A stretch of 64,000 nt of DNA from Octopus sinensis (lineage: Eukaryota): contig NC_043001.1 of assembly GCF_006345805.1 (NCBI RefSeq), forward strand, positions 111,972,001-112,036,000, given 5' to 3'. The notes under the pieces were generated by a model, which was given only the letters and a program-made list of their open reading frames with translations, searched no databases and was not told where the DNA came from. Numbering within the stretch: position 1 is the stretch's first letter; every line of letters begins with the position of its first letter. Made by a program: the position numbers and the translations under genes. This document shows positions 41,042 through 55,123 of the stretch, piece after piece.

Positions 41042-41749
41042 TTGTGTGTGTGTGTGTGTGCGTATGTGTGTGTGTTTGTATGTGTGTGCATATATTGGTG
41101 GTAAAATAGTAATAAAACAAAGCTGAAGATTCTTCTTAGCGAGAAAATACAGCTCATTACATCATTGCTTGAAACTACTCTAAACGTCCGACCTCACAGG
41201 TACACCAGTTATTAAAAAAAAACAGCTTCAAACATATGTTTCTTGTAAGGCTTGTATGCGTGTGTGAGTGTGTGAGTGTGTGTGTATATGTAAGCTACAA
41301 ATGACTGTTGGCAAATTTACAAAATCAAATCGTTGGCAAGCAGTCGTAAACAGAAAGTGAAAAGTTATAAATAAACAACATTGCATAAGAATATTTCATA
41401 ACCATTATATCCTATGGTACAAATATTTCGTATTTCTCATCTATTGTGGTTAGTTGGGGAACCAATAACATCTGTTATTCAGTAATGGGCACGTTTACTA
41501 GAATCAGGCACCATATCATTGTGAAAATCGATATATATATTGCTTCTCTCGGAATCCATTATTGAACTCTGTCTTTCTGCTCTTACTTGTAATCTTAAAA
41601 ACTACCTGTTACTAATTCTCTGTCGGTATGGTCTGTCTCACAACATTTGCAATTTTCCGAAAGGATCCATATTTATGTTCTCTTCCGTTCATCCGTTTCC
41701 TTTCAGAGTCATTCTAAACACCATATTAATTAAATGATATCAAAATGTT

Positions 41750-41940
41750 TCGGTGAACCCCAGCAGTTTTAAGGGAAGAGGAAATTCGATTGCATCGACC
41801 CCGTAGTTGACTGGTACTTACTTTATCGACACCAAACGGATGAATGGCAAAGTTGACAGCAGCCGAATTTTCACTCAGAGTATATGTCGGAGGAAACGCA
41901 CGTTGTCAGAATGTATTAACATTCTCTCAGCTTACCGCCT
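41750..41940 (-). mobile_element. SINE family B (diverged)
   Basis: Reverse-complement core gactggtactta..ttatcgac..aaagttgac. Confidence 0.75.
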
Positions 41941-42245
41941 TTACCATATTGTTAGAAATACCTTAAGCTGATTAGAGTTCACATTTTGAAAGTAGTATTC
42001 AATTAATAGATATAACTGCTTCAGTTTTTGTGATAAACATCAAGCACAGCCATCAAATTTAGAACGAGCCAAGAAGGAAGTCTTTAGGCATATGGGACAA
42101 GTAGAACTGAAATCTCTATCTTTTCGATAGTAAGTGGAGATGATTGTTGATTAGTCTGTTATTTGTCATCAACCAATGGTTATGCTCAACATAAAAAAGT
42201 GCATGTTTATAAATTTTTATAAATTATTTTTCAATTTGATACATA

Positions 42246-42741
42246 CCGTAAATCCCCGAGTATAATCCTCACTTTTTTCCCAAAATTTAAAGGTCAAAAT
42301 CCCTAGTGAGTACTATATACGAGGTTAAAAATGAAAAATATTTTCTAAGCAATGTCCGAGTTTCTATTTGCTGTCCAGCAATGTTTATTCAGACGCATTT
42401 TGTGATGTCGGGCGCGAAAATAATTTAAGCTAAGCCTGAAAGCAATGAAGTCATAAAAGAATCATCCATAATTTGCAGTAAGCAACATTTCTTAAAAGTT
42501 ATTACTGTTATTTCTTTATTTTCTGCAAACAAAATGCACGAAAAAGCTACACGTTTGCATTATGTTATATATACAATACCGTATATATTTTTACAAACCA
42601 AGGACGTTATAATAACCTCCTTGACTCAAGTTAGAGAAGGGGTGCGTATTATACACAAGGTTTGAGTTTTTCAGAGGTACAGCTCCCTAAAAATCCCCTG
42701 CTTATTATACTCAAGGGCGGACTATACTCGATGATTTACGG
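42246..42741. mobile_element. pogo/Tigger-like MITE with TIRs and TA TSD
   Basis: Left TA|ccgtaaatccccgagtataatcc; right ggactatactcgatgatttacgg|TA. No ORF inside. Confidence 0.85.
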
Positions 42742-44231
42742 TAGATGCTCTTTAAGTATCACTGTAAACATAACGAGGTATACCAAAATTCGAAAATCAA
42801 CACTGATGGTATGAAAACAAGGAACTATCAGTCAAATTACCTGTCAGCAGCTGAAGAAACGGAAACACTAATACAACCCAGCAGGACAACTGAAAAAATT
42901 ACTCAAAAAGACTGGAATATCTATAGCTACAGTTCCCTGTGAGTATTTTAAATTTCATTCAAAATAAGTTAAGGAACATACATATCTACAGCTTTGGAAC
43001 ACATAAACTATCAGCTTTAAAACCTTTAATATCTACACAATCTGTGAATACCTATCATTTTTCCTTTCCCCCTGAGTATTTGAAGATGTGAACATCCTCT
43101 TTATTACAAAAACACTATAGTTTTCTCTGATCGAAAAGACAAAATATCATCACCAGTAAAATTTAAAAACTTCATGTCTACAATTTTCTGTGAAAAATAT
43201 TTTCCTGCTTTTTCTTTTGGCTCCTTTTCAACTGAATATTCGAAAATGTAAATATCCTTTTTATTGTAAAAAAAAAAAAACACCACAGTTTTCTCTTAAC
43301 GGACATTCAAACCAACACTTCAAAAAATATAGAAACTGTAATATCTCCAATTTTGTGTCAAACTTAGTCTTCCTTTGTTCCTTGACTAACAGAATATGTA
43401 AACATGCCTTTTATTTTAACAACACAATTAAATGTACGATAAAAAATTAAGGAAGAAAGCACCTGTCAATCTATACATACTGCACACACACGCACATATA
43501 CATACATAAATACATATATATGTATATATACATATATATACATATATATACCTAACAGGGCTTCACACTAAATATGAAATAATTCCAGTATTCTCTGTTA
43601 TTTTTTATTATTTTGTTATTTTTTCAACCGTTCTGATTATTTTGGCCGCCATGGGTTTTGCAGTAAATAACTAAATCATCCATAACTTTTGTATTATCCT
43701 CTCAAATTACACCAAAATCTCGGAGAATAATAATTAATATGGTATTTATTGTCTGTGAAAATTATAGAACATAAAACATCTTTGATAAAAACGTATACCT
43801 ACTTTTCTGGCGAAAACAATGCCTTTCTGAACATTTTGGTCGCAACTGTATATATATATATAAATTAAAACGAGGGTGAAAAATTGGATATTAATTTGAT
43901 AACATCAATTTTATCACTATTTTTATATGCTAGTGGTCTAGCATATAAAAAACTGAAGTTCAGTAATTAGTATTACATACATACAAGAGGGAATTTACCA
44001 CTATGTGGAAACCCTTATGCTAGAAGAAGATCCGTTTTTAATATGCTAGACCACTAGAATGTTCATTTAGAGAGTCATGTGACAGAGAAAAAATGGAGGA
44101 TAGAGAAAAAAGGAAAAAATAAAAATAGAAAAAGTAAACAAATAAAATAAAGTGGGAAAAGGAAAGAAAATTCACAGCGACAATGCGCTTCTCAATACGT
44201 GTGACTTATCAGTGAAGACAATATTTTTCAC

Positions 44232-44555
44232 TTACTTCTTTTTGTTCTTGTTCTTGTTCTTGTTCTTGTTCTTGTTCTTTTTCTTCTTCTTCTTCTTCTT
44301 CTTCTTCTTCTTCTTTTCTTCTTCTTCTTCTTCTTCTTCTTTTCTTCTTCTTCTTTTTCTTTTTGTTCTTCTTCTTTTCTTCTTCTTTTTCTTTTTGTTC
44401 TTCTTCTTCTTCTTCTCCTTCTTATTCGTTTTCTTCTTCTTCTTCTTCCTCCTCTTCTTCTTCTTCCTTTTGTTCTTCTTCGTCTTCTTCGTCTTCTTCT
44501 TCTTCTTTTTCTTCTACTCCTTCTTCTTCTTCTTCTTCTTCTTCTTCTTCTTCTT

Positions 44556-44625
<70 letters not shown>

Positions 44626-44640
44626 GTAGTAGTAGTAGTA
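44232..44640. repeat. graded trinucleotide array (TTCTTG)n-(TTC)n-(TTA)n-(TAG)n, about 410 bp
   Basis: Direct reading of the sequence. Confidence 0.95.
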
Positions 44641-45119
44641 GGTGCACGGCCGATAGTGTTTTGAAATGTTCAAATCAATCTGTACAATTTATAGTAAGTC
44701 ACTTCGAAGGCTTTATTATTTCGATCGAAATATCAAACAAAATTATCTCTATTCAATAAATAACAAACCTCACACATATATTCGCGCACATTCACACACA
44801 TACATACATACATACTTACATATAAAAATTAACAAATAATACAGAAGTTGAACAATGGAAGATCAGCAACGACAAGAAACACGACCGACATTACAAGATA
44901 CAAATCGATGCAAACAACATAGTGTAGCTAGGTAACAATTAATGAAATAAATAAAAGAAACGGAATATGATTATAAATCTTAAAGATAAAAACTATAATA
45001 CACTAAAGCACGAAATTATAAATATTTACTTAAATTCTCACCTGTTAATTCTTGTCGAAATCATATATCAGTAGAATCGACAGAATTAAAATATTGTGGT
45101 TTGTATTCTTATTATTATT

Positions 45120-45775
45120 TAACCGAAGTGGGTGAGCCTACGGAATCTTTAGCACGCCTGGCAAAATTCTTAGTCCAACTTACGCCGGGGTCGACATTAT
45201 CTTTCATCTTTTCGTGGTTGATAAAACTAAGTAACATTTGAGTGCTGGGGTCGATGTAATCCCCAAATTTGAGGTCTTGTGCCTATAGTAGAAAGTGTTA
45301 TTTGACCGAAGTGGGTGAGCTGGCAGAAACTTTAGCGCGTCGGGCAAAATGCTTAGTGGTATTTCGTCTGCAGCTACGTTCTGAGTACAAATTCCGCTGT
45401 GGTCGACTTTGCCAATCATCCTTTCGGTGTCGATAAATTAAGTACCAGTTACGCACTGGGGTCAATGTAATCGACTTAATCCCTTTGTCTGTCTTTGTTT
45501 GTCCTGTCCATGTGGGCAATAAAGAAATATGAATCGTTAGCATACCGGGCGAAATGCTTAGCGGCATTACACCTGTCTTTCCTGGACCGGGCGACGCGAT
45601 GTGTTCTTGAGCAAAACACTTTATTTCACGTTGCACCAGTCCACTCAGCTGTCAAAAATGAGTAACGCTGCGATGGACTGGCGTCCTGTCCAGCAGGGTA
45701 ACACATACGGCATTAAAACCGGGAAACCGGGCCCATTAGCCTAGTTAGGCTTTAACAGGATGTATTATTTATTTT
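45120..45775 (+). mobile_element. cluster of family B SINE copies followed by a family C core and tail
   Basis: Repeated ttaaccgaagtgggtgagc / ttgaccgaagtgggtgagc heads; from about 45590 gcgatgtgttcttgagcaaaacact...gaaaccgggcccattagcc. Confidence 0.8.
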
Positions 45776-46864
45776 TATCGTTTCAGAAGTGATAATCTGG
45801 AATTTTCTCGGAGAAACATCATTTAGAACTAGATGATTCAACGCCTGTGTTTTTTTTGGACAATACAACTCAAATATGTGGAAGCTCTGCTTATTCGTGT
45901 ATGAGGCTCAGTAATTACCTGATGGTATAATGTTTATCTCGCGGTGTTCACTTTGAGATCTCAGAATAAATTTTGTAAGTCGACCACATTGCTGTTACTG
46001 GTAACGGAATTTTTGACACATATTACAAATAATAAACGTTTAAACCTAAATGAAGTTATCAGTGTTTTTTTTTTCTTGCGAGTGGCTTAATTGTGCCTGC
46101 CTTGTTGCAATCATCTGAGTTTTAACACGAGATCTCAGATAAAATCCATTCTCATGCCAACACTTGTCCGTAAATCAAATTATCGATGTTGATTTTAGTG
46201 ATCTTTAACGTCCTATCAGTCTTGATACAGAATCCATGATAGAAGTCATGCCTGTTACGACAATAGCGAATTTTACCAGAAAAGTCGTATTTAGGATTAC
46301 GTGATCCATTATATATCTTATTTTGATGATAGTTAATAGACAAATCTTTACAAAGATTTGGATACAGCCTGCAGCCTACACAAAGTTCAATTAGGGATTC
46401 TATAGTTGGCTTGTGCAAATTAACTAATATAATTAGTGAAATGAATGTAAAACAATTGCATTATTATTTCAAAATATAAGACGGCTAGCTGGCAGAACCG
46501 TTAGCACGCCGGGCGAAATACGTAGCCGTATTTCGTCTGCCGTTTCGTTCTGAGTTCAAATTGTGTGTGTGTGTTTGTGTGTGTGCATGCGAGTGTGTCT
46601 ATGGATGTATATGTTCGTGTGTGTGTGTATATCAATGTATACGACATAAATGAATTCAAAGCGAATGACAACCAATTTGATAGTATTTGGAAATGAATTA
46701 CGATAGTATAAAAATCATAATATTTTCTCTACTTCTTCATACAGTCACATAAACGGACATATATGCACATATATGCGCACTCACACAAACACTCATATAC
46801 GCACACACGTGTGTTTGTGTGTGTATATATAAATATATATACATATATGTGTGTGTGTGTGTGT

Positions 46865-47050
46865 ATGCAAGACCGTTGAAACCTACAAATGTTTTCATTC
46901 TCCCTCTGTTCCTCTCCTCCTACTCCTTCCTGTTGAAGAGCGTACGCTCGAAACGTAAAATACTTTCATTTTACTGAGCCTCAAACTGATACACTTGCTT
47001 GTTGTTCATACACCTGTCTTCGTCTTTCGTTTTCCTATAAATTTCAACTA
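46865..47050 (+). mobile_element. repeat family D with hammerhead-like motif at 46926-46961
   Basis: CUUC-CUGUUGA-A-GAGC-GUAC-GCUC-GAAA-CG-UA-AAAU. Confidence 0.7.
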
Positions 47051-47061
47051 TTTACATACAT

Positions 47062-47270
47062 ATACTCTTTTACTCTTTTACTTGTTTCAGTCATTTGACA
47101 GCAGCCATGCTGAAGCACCGCCTTTAGTCGAGCAAATCGACCCCAGGGCTTACCATTTGTAAACCTAATACTTATTCTATCCATCTCTTCTGCTGAACCT
47201 ATTAGTGACGGTGACGTAAGCACACCAGCATCGGTTGTCAAGCGATGTCGGGGGGGGGGACACAGACACA

Positions 47271-47315
<45 letters not shown>

Positions 47316-47446
47316 GTATATATATACATATATACGACGGGCTTCTTTCAGTTTCGTCTACCAAATCCACTCACAAGGCTTTGGTCGGCCCGAGGCTATA
47401 GTAGAAGGCACTTGCCCAGGTTACTACGCAGTGAGACTGGACCCGA
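47062..47446 (-). mobile_element. SINE family A (5' truncated)
   Basis: As for the other family A copies. Confidence 0.9.
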
Positions 47447-47498
47447 TGTATATATATATATGTATATATAAATTTATATCTATATATAAAGTTTTATA

Positions 47499-47529
<31 letters not shown>

Positions 47530-47781
47530 TGTGTTTTATTTAAGTGTAATGAAAACATTTATGTTGGACCTAATGTCATTTGTTAACAATGTTTCTTAAA
47601 ATAATATTGATATAATTGATTAAAATTGGTTAATTCATTTCAATGTCTGCTGTAAATATGATTAACAGAGATATGTTAATCATTCAGCCTTAGTAATTGC
47701 TATTATCTCAGGAAATCTAAGTAAATACCTACATGTCTGTGTATATGTATTCATGTGTAAGCTCGAATATCAGTCTGTCTG

Positions 47782-47889
<108 letters not shown>

Positions 47890-47972
47890 ATCGGTGTATG
47901 TTTGTGTGTGTGAAGCTGCTGCGTATGCTTATGTGTGTCTGTGTACCGACGCTTTTTTATATATTCCAGATA

Positions 47973-48495
<523 letters not shown>

Positions 48496-48899
48496 TACAG
48501 AGTATATATATGTATACAATTATGTGCGTTTTCGTGTAGCCTTATGTTCTAGTTCAAAAGTTGATCACATGAATGGCCGTTAAAATTCTTTTCATTTTGC
48601 ACGTAGGAGTTGGATATCATTGTGCGGAACTATGGCGTGTAAGTGGAATCTTAGCAGTAACAATGCCCCAATATATAAAACAATATATAAAACAAATCTA
48701 AAACAATATATATATGCGTATAAGTGACTAAATATGTTGGTTACATAAACACCCTCAATTAGCCCTTAAGTTCATTGGGAAGACCCCCTCCCTATTGCAA
48801 GCAGCCTTGAAAAGGTCCGTGAGTGGGAATAAAATATTCTTTCGGCCCTCTTCCCTGTAGCTTATGAGAAACTTTATGTAGGTGATTATGTTTTCAGAG

Positions 48900-49500
48900 A
48901 TTAAATGTCTTCCAGTATTCAATTTTGTCCGAATAGAGATCCTGAATAGGGATCTTGCATTCAGGGTTTACGTTCAAAGACACTGGAAAAAATTAGATAC
49001 TTTGTTTCTCTTCGCTTCTTTGGGAATTTAAATCTTGACAAGTTTTACTTCGTATTTCACCAAATAAGGTTCTGTTAAAACTTGTGCGGTTGAGGTACAT
49101 TGACGAAATCTTTCAGATGTTGTTGGAAATGCATTGTTGTAATTCAGTTGGTTGGTATATTCTGTGTTATTAGATGGTAAATTTAATCTCGCAACCGGTT
49201 GAAGCCCACCACATAGTCGTTACGTTCAAGAATCCAGCTCACCACTGCAGTTTCAAGTCTATTTGTTCTATTATCTATATACACTGAAAAGCCATGTAAA
49301 TCCATTGTTAAGGCGTCAGGCGATTATGCCTTGAATGCTAAATTTACATACAATGTTCATTGTGATCCATCGGGCTCACAATGTTTGTCTCTGTGTGGTA
49401 TGTTGTATAAATATACAGCTCTGTGGGTTTGCATTTTCTAGTATGTTAATACTTATATCTAAGCGATTCTATGTTGGCGTGGCTATCGCCTAGGTTTCAC
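48900..49500 (+). mobile_element. degenerate Penelope-like RT core
   Basis: VRLRYIDEIF (the PLE W.RYIDDIF motif), then KPT and AHHCSFKSI, resembling YRKPT..SAHP..K.S. Many disruptions. Confidence 0.55.
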
Positions 49501-50030
49501 TACAGTTTATTGAGTCAGAATACACTGAGGATTTTGATCTTTAACCTTATTTGAAAACTATTGTCGTTGGTTTAATCTATATCTGTATCTGTCTGTTCGA
49601 TACTGAATTCACTTATATTATATTTTATTATATTATTTATATGTACTTTTAGATACTTTTTAAATATTATTGCTTAACTAATTTACTTCCGCCCCTATTC
49701 CTTTGCTGTGTTTTCCTCACTTTAAGGGTTGTCAACTCCCTAAACTTGGATCCGACATCTTAATTAATATGTTAAAAATTGCATTTATTGTTTATATTTA
49801 TTTTTAATGAAAATATCAAGCGAAGATTTTGTAGTGTCGGTCTTCCATACATTGTACATAAAAGCTTAAATTTTGTATGTATACTTAGAGCTGAAATGTT
49901 GGTGTAACTATGGTGTTCTGGTGATCTCATAATTTGATGGATTAGTTTGCTTTTTCTGCGTGGAAATGTACAATTGTAAATGTGAATTTTATTGTACAAT
50001 GGATGGCATATATATTAATGCAGAAATGTA

Positions 50031-51257
50031 TAGAGTGCGCCGTAGAGAATTCCCGATTAATTAAATAAATTTGTTTTATTGAATTTAGCATGAAATTGCA
50101 CAAAAATAATTAAGATGCACACTTCGACATTCAATTGTTCATTTACATTCGGCGAGTAAAATGTTTCCATATGGCAGCTAATAAGCGAAGTGAGATTGTA
50201 GTTCTGAAACAAGCAAGACATAACACCAGAGACGTGGCTTCAAGGGATGGTGTTGATCCTGAAACAGTCTATAGTATCAATAAACGCTACTGTGAGACAG
50301 GTTCAATCGACAGCGGACCTATTCCTGTCGAAAACGATCTGCAAGGACGAAATAATTGGCGGATGTCGTCTGAAAGAGAGAGTCACGAAACCCACGGCCG
50401 AGCATGAGGCAAATGGCTAGAAATTTCGAAATCTCCCTGACAACTATGGAGCGGGTCGTGCATGAAGACTTGAATTGTAAGTCATTAAAATTGCAACGTC
50501 GACATATAATTTCGGCCGCTTTCAAAGCAAAGGGGCTGGACAGGAACAAGAAAATGGCGGAGGAGATTCAGAGTGCCGGTGACAGTATCTTCATGTTGTT
50601 AGACGAAAAGATATTCACCGTGGAAGCTGAAACGAACACTCAAAATGACGGGGTTTTGACCGAGATGTCGGATGCTGCTCCAGAAGGAGCCCGTAAGCAG
50701 TTTCGCAGAATGAAATCCACCAGCGTGGTTTGGGCGGCAGTGTCATCCGATGGTGGAAAAAACTCTGGTGTTCATTAAAAAGGAGACGAAGGTCGATTCG
50801 GAAATTTACATGAAAATATTTGAGGGTAATGTTTTCTTATTGTTGGCCGAAGTACTTGAGATAATCACCTGTTCACACAAGACGGCGCTCCTTCTCATAC
50901 GTCCAGTGTGATAAAGCGATGGTGCAGGAGACATTTCAACCGGTTCTGGGACAGGAATGTGAGGCCCCCTCCAGCCTAGAAGTGAAACCTATGGCCTTTG
51001 CTATTTGGTTCATTGTAGAAGACATTTCAAGACATTTCACAGCTCTAAAGAAAGCCTTAGTCGCGTCATGGGAGCGTTTAAGTGAAGAAATCGTCCGGCA
51101 TTCGCGTGAAGGCTAAAGACGGACATATTGAATGAAACGTATCTTAATACGTTACATGAGCATATTTAATTAAATCCTAATGAACTCGTGTGTTTTGTGC
51201 CAATTACTAAAAAATATGATTAAATGTGAATCGGAAGTTCTTTGCGGCGCATCCTCA
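50031..51257 (+). mobile_element. full-length degenerate Tc1/mariner, maT-like DD37D transposon
   Basis: TIRs tagagtgcgccgtagagaattcccgatt (50031-50058) and aatcggaagttctttgcggcgcatcctca (51229-51257). Transposase pieces: MAANKRSEIV..., LLDEKIFTVE, VWAAVSSDG, QDGAPSHTS. After restoring one deleted C, 37 residues separate the second D from the third position (now Ala, PMAF). Confidence 0.88.
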
Positions 51258-51689
51258 AAAATAACTTATCATGCACTAAAATTATGATTATATGATGTTG
51301 TCTGCGAATCTTCGTAATTTTAGAGAATGATAAGTGGTTAAATATATTCACCATTCTTATCTCTTGCCTTTTTATTTTGTTTATATTTATAAACATACAA
51401 TTTTTATGCAAGAAAGCATTGCTTCCGATCCCAGATTAACCGAAATGTACGTTATAAGTGAAATGCATTACCATCAACGATGAGATATTTCTGTACACAT
51501 GCGACTATATATTTCACAATTGTAATGAGTATATTTGTTGCTCCAAAGAAACTTAGCGACAACACTAGATTAAATAGGAAATTATGAAATTTATTAAAAT
51601 AATCCCTGTAATAATGTCGATATACAATCTAACTGTAGAGATCCTGAGTAACAAATATGAACCATTGGTTTCATATTTTGGCACATGGC

Positions 51690-52130
51690 TAGCAATTTCA
51701 GGGAAAGAAATAAGTTTATTACGTCGATCCAGTGAAAATATCGATCCCCAAAATATGAGACATAGTAGTCCTCAACGGAATTTCTCGAACCCGGAAGAAC
51801 GAATGGCAAAATCGACCTCAGCTGAATTTGAACTCAGAACGAAAAGACAGACGGAATGCCGATAACCATTTTGCCCGGTGTTCTGCTAGTTCGGCGACTT
51901 TAATTTTAACTATATATTGATTTTAAATTTTGGCGGAGGACCAGCAATCTCGTGGAGAGGGCAAGTGGATTACGTCGACACCAGTGATCAGCTGGTACAT
52001 ATATTATAGGGTCCGAAAAGATAAACGGCACAGTCGACCTCGGCGGAATCTAAACCCAAAACGTAAAGGCGAACGAAACGCCGCTAAACATTTTGTCCGG
52101 CTCAGTAGCGATCTTGCTAACTTGCTACCT
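51690..52130 (-). mobile_element. two family B SINE copies
   Basis: Reverse-complement cores at about 51730-51900 and 51950-52130. Confidence 0.75.
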
Positions 52131-52914
52131 TAATATGAACTATATATTGAAAGAAAAAACAATACCTACGCATTTCTCAGTTAATGTGGTGTAGATACTT
52201 AAACGCACCACTTACGTTACTTACTAACTAAAAGAGCTGCAATCTCTAATAAACATAATCCTATTGAAGTAGATTAAATAAGACAGCTATTCAAGAAATT
52301 ATTCAATTATAACATATATTGCCTTCCTTTATTCAGTAATAGCTTTATGTCCAATGAGCATGAAATAGTTATACTTCTTAACAGTGGATTCAACCAATAC
52401 AGAACCTGTTGTTTCAACCAGTAATAGAAACCGCTGATTTTTCACTGATATTTGATGCTCACTTTATCTTAAGGGTGAGAATCCTACTAACATTTTTTAA
52501 TGCATACACTTTATGTTGAGATAAGTGAGTTCAAATGAGAATTAATTTCCTCTATAATATACAAGCAACATGAAGTGACTGTAGTTCTCTAATATAACGA
52601 CTTATAACTTATCTAGTTGCATTGAAATGTGTTTCTGGGATGATTTCACAGCACGATACCTAGGCCAAGGGATTTCTACCATGTCCTTCAATTAATGTGT
52701 TGTTAACCTTAATATGTCACTTGTTCGAACGCTAACATTATCTTTGCAACTATCTTGAACAGCACATTCTCTTCTAGGGTCTTCCAGTTGTCCATTTAAT
52801 TTTAGAGACCCTTAGAATGTTAAATTACACAGCTCCTTCTTTTCTGTCAAAATAAATTAAATAATCATCAGAAAAAAAGTCAATTTTACATATGCATTAT
52901 TATATCTGGAAAGG

Positions 52915-53305
52915 AGGCGCTGAGCTGGCAGAATCGTTAGAAAGCCGGGTGAAATCCTTAACGGTATTTCGTCTGCCGTTACGTTCTGAGTTGAAATTCC
53001 ACCGAGGGCGACTTTGCCTTTCATCCTTTCGGGGTCGATTAAATAAGTACCAGTTACGTACTGGCGTCAATATAATCGACTTAATATGTTTGTCTGTCCT
53101 TGCTTGTCCTCTCTGTGTTTAGCCTCTTGTGGGTAGTAAAGAAATAGGTATTTCGTCTACCGCTACGTTCTGAATTCAAATTCCGCCGAGGTCGACTTTG
53201 CCTTTCATCCTTTCAGTGTGGATGAAATAAGTACCAGTTAAGCACTGGGGTTAATTCAGTCGAATATCCCCTCGCCCCCAAAATTTCCAAGCCCTTATGT
53301 CTAGA
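52915..53305 (+). mobile_element. family B SINE dimer
   Basis: Head followed by two internal units joined at gtaaagaaataggtatttcgtc. Confidence 0.9.
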
Positions 53306-53819
53306 GTAGAAATAATTATTAGAGATGGAAGCAGTATTAGTTACTTTAACAGCTTTAAATAAATGCGCAATTATTATAGATCAACTCAACACATGCTTTT
53401 TACAAAAATATTTACAATACTAGCATCATAAATTAACTGAAATGGCACGGTCCGGGCAATCGATATGGCATTCCAAGATTAGAACCCTTCTAATGTTACA
53501 GTCTACAGCCATTTACAGGATTCACTCATTTTGCAGATATTGACTTCTTCTGGCAAGGCTCCTCCACTCATTCTCGAACAAAAATTATTATAACAGAAAA
53601 TTGTGAGGCAATTCCTGTTGGATCGCTCACTTTCGGAAATTTCTGTATTCTTCAACGAATTTGAACTTAAATAAATGCATAAATTTCACTTCTCATTCAT
53701 TCCGTTAATTTTAACACGTATCTAGATCTTTATTCTAACATATGATCACACGCATATATATGTATATGTGTTTATATGTGTGTGTATATATATGTGTGTG
53801 TGTGTGTATGTGTTTGTAT

Positions 53820-53851
<32 letters not shown>

Positions 53852-54709
53852 GCATATATATATGTGTATATACACAAATTTGTAAATAGTATGTAATCCT
53901 AGATATATATGTATGCATACATGCATGTGTATGTATACATATATATATGTATATATGTGTATGACTATATACATATACATGTACATGAATAGATATACAT
54001 ATCGAGAGAGAGAATAAAAACAGATATATGTATGTGTATATATACATGATGTATACAGATATATATATATATATATATATACAAAGACATATATTTACAT
54101 ACATACACACAAACACACATACACACGCACACATATACCCGTACATACATACATACGAATGTATAAAGCAGCAAATTGTATACAAGCTCTGATTTATTGA
54201 AGTGACTGATGAAAATGTTACGGTGGAAAATAACTCAGGCGCAATCATTAACCTAGCAATAGCGAGCTTGCAAATCAGTCATAGGAAATTCTAACTTCAT
54301 CGTATCACAAGTCATCGATTACTAAATAGATATATTCTTCCTCGAGCAATTGAAAGAAAAGGGGGGAAAAAAGCAACAACAAAAATGTAGCACATTATTT
54401 TATTTTTTGCTTAATGTGAGAGCCGTTTAAATCATCCGCTTCGCAATATTTGTAGCAAATCTTCACCCCCGCACATTATATTCATCCAAGCAATATCCAA
54501 TTGCCTCCTGTATTTTAGAAATGGTAGCTAACACAAGAATTCGTACACGAAGACGTACGTAGATATACCTACACACAAGCATAGAAACGTTCGCAAACTG
54601 TCAGAGAAATACAGACGCAAACAAATGAGAAACGGCACAAAACACTTTTATATATCATTCATATATTGTTAGATATGTTAAGGGATATTAACTGCCTTGA
54701 AAGAAGCAC

Positions 54710-54767
<58 letters not shown>

Positions 54768-54951
54768 ATAATGTATATATATATATATATATGTATTCAT
54801 ATATTTGAATATATTTATAATGCATTTATATGTATGTATACATGTACATATATATACTTATATACATATATATGCATATTTATACATAACATTATATAAA
54901 TATATGCACATATAAGTGCAAATATATATGTACATATCTCCGAATATATAT

Positions 54952-55016
<65 letters not shown>

Positions 55017-55023
55017 GTATATA

Positions 55024-55058
<35 letters not shown>

Positions 55059-55060
55059 CA

Positions 55061-55092
55061 TATGTATGCATATATGAATATTCTACGTATAC

Positions 55093-55123
<31 letters not shown>

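Noticed and set aside
44855-44931. ATG...AG|GTAACA possible first coding exon (MEDQQRQETRP...)
   Set aside because: No promoter or homology evidence; simple A/C-rich composition.
46152-46418. 88-aa minus ORF (CVGCRLYPNLCKD...)
   Set aside because: No recognisable domain or convincing splice context.
53500-54290. Possible exons DIDFFWQGSS... and FIEVTDENVTVENNSG (cadherin-like)
   Set aside because: Both end in stops without donors, and the cadherin DxNDN.P motif is absent.
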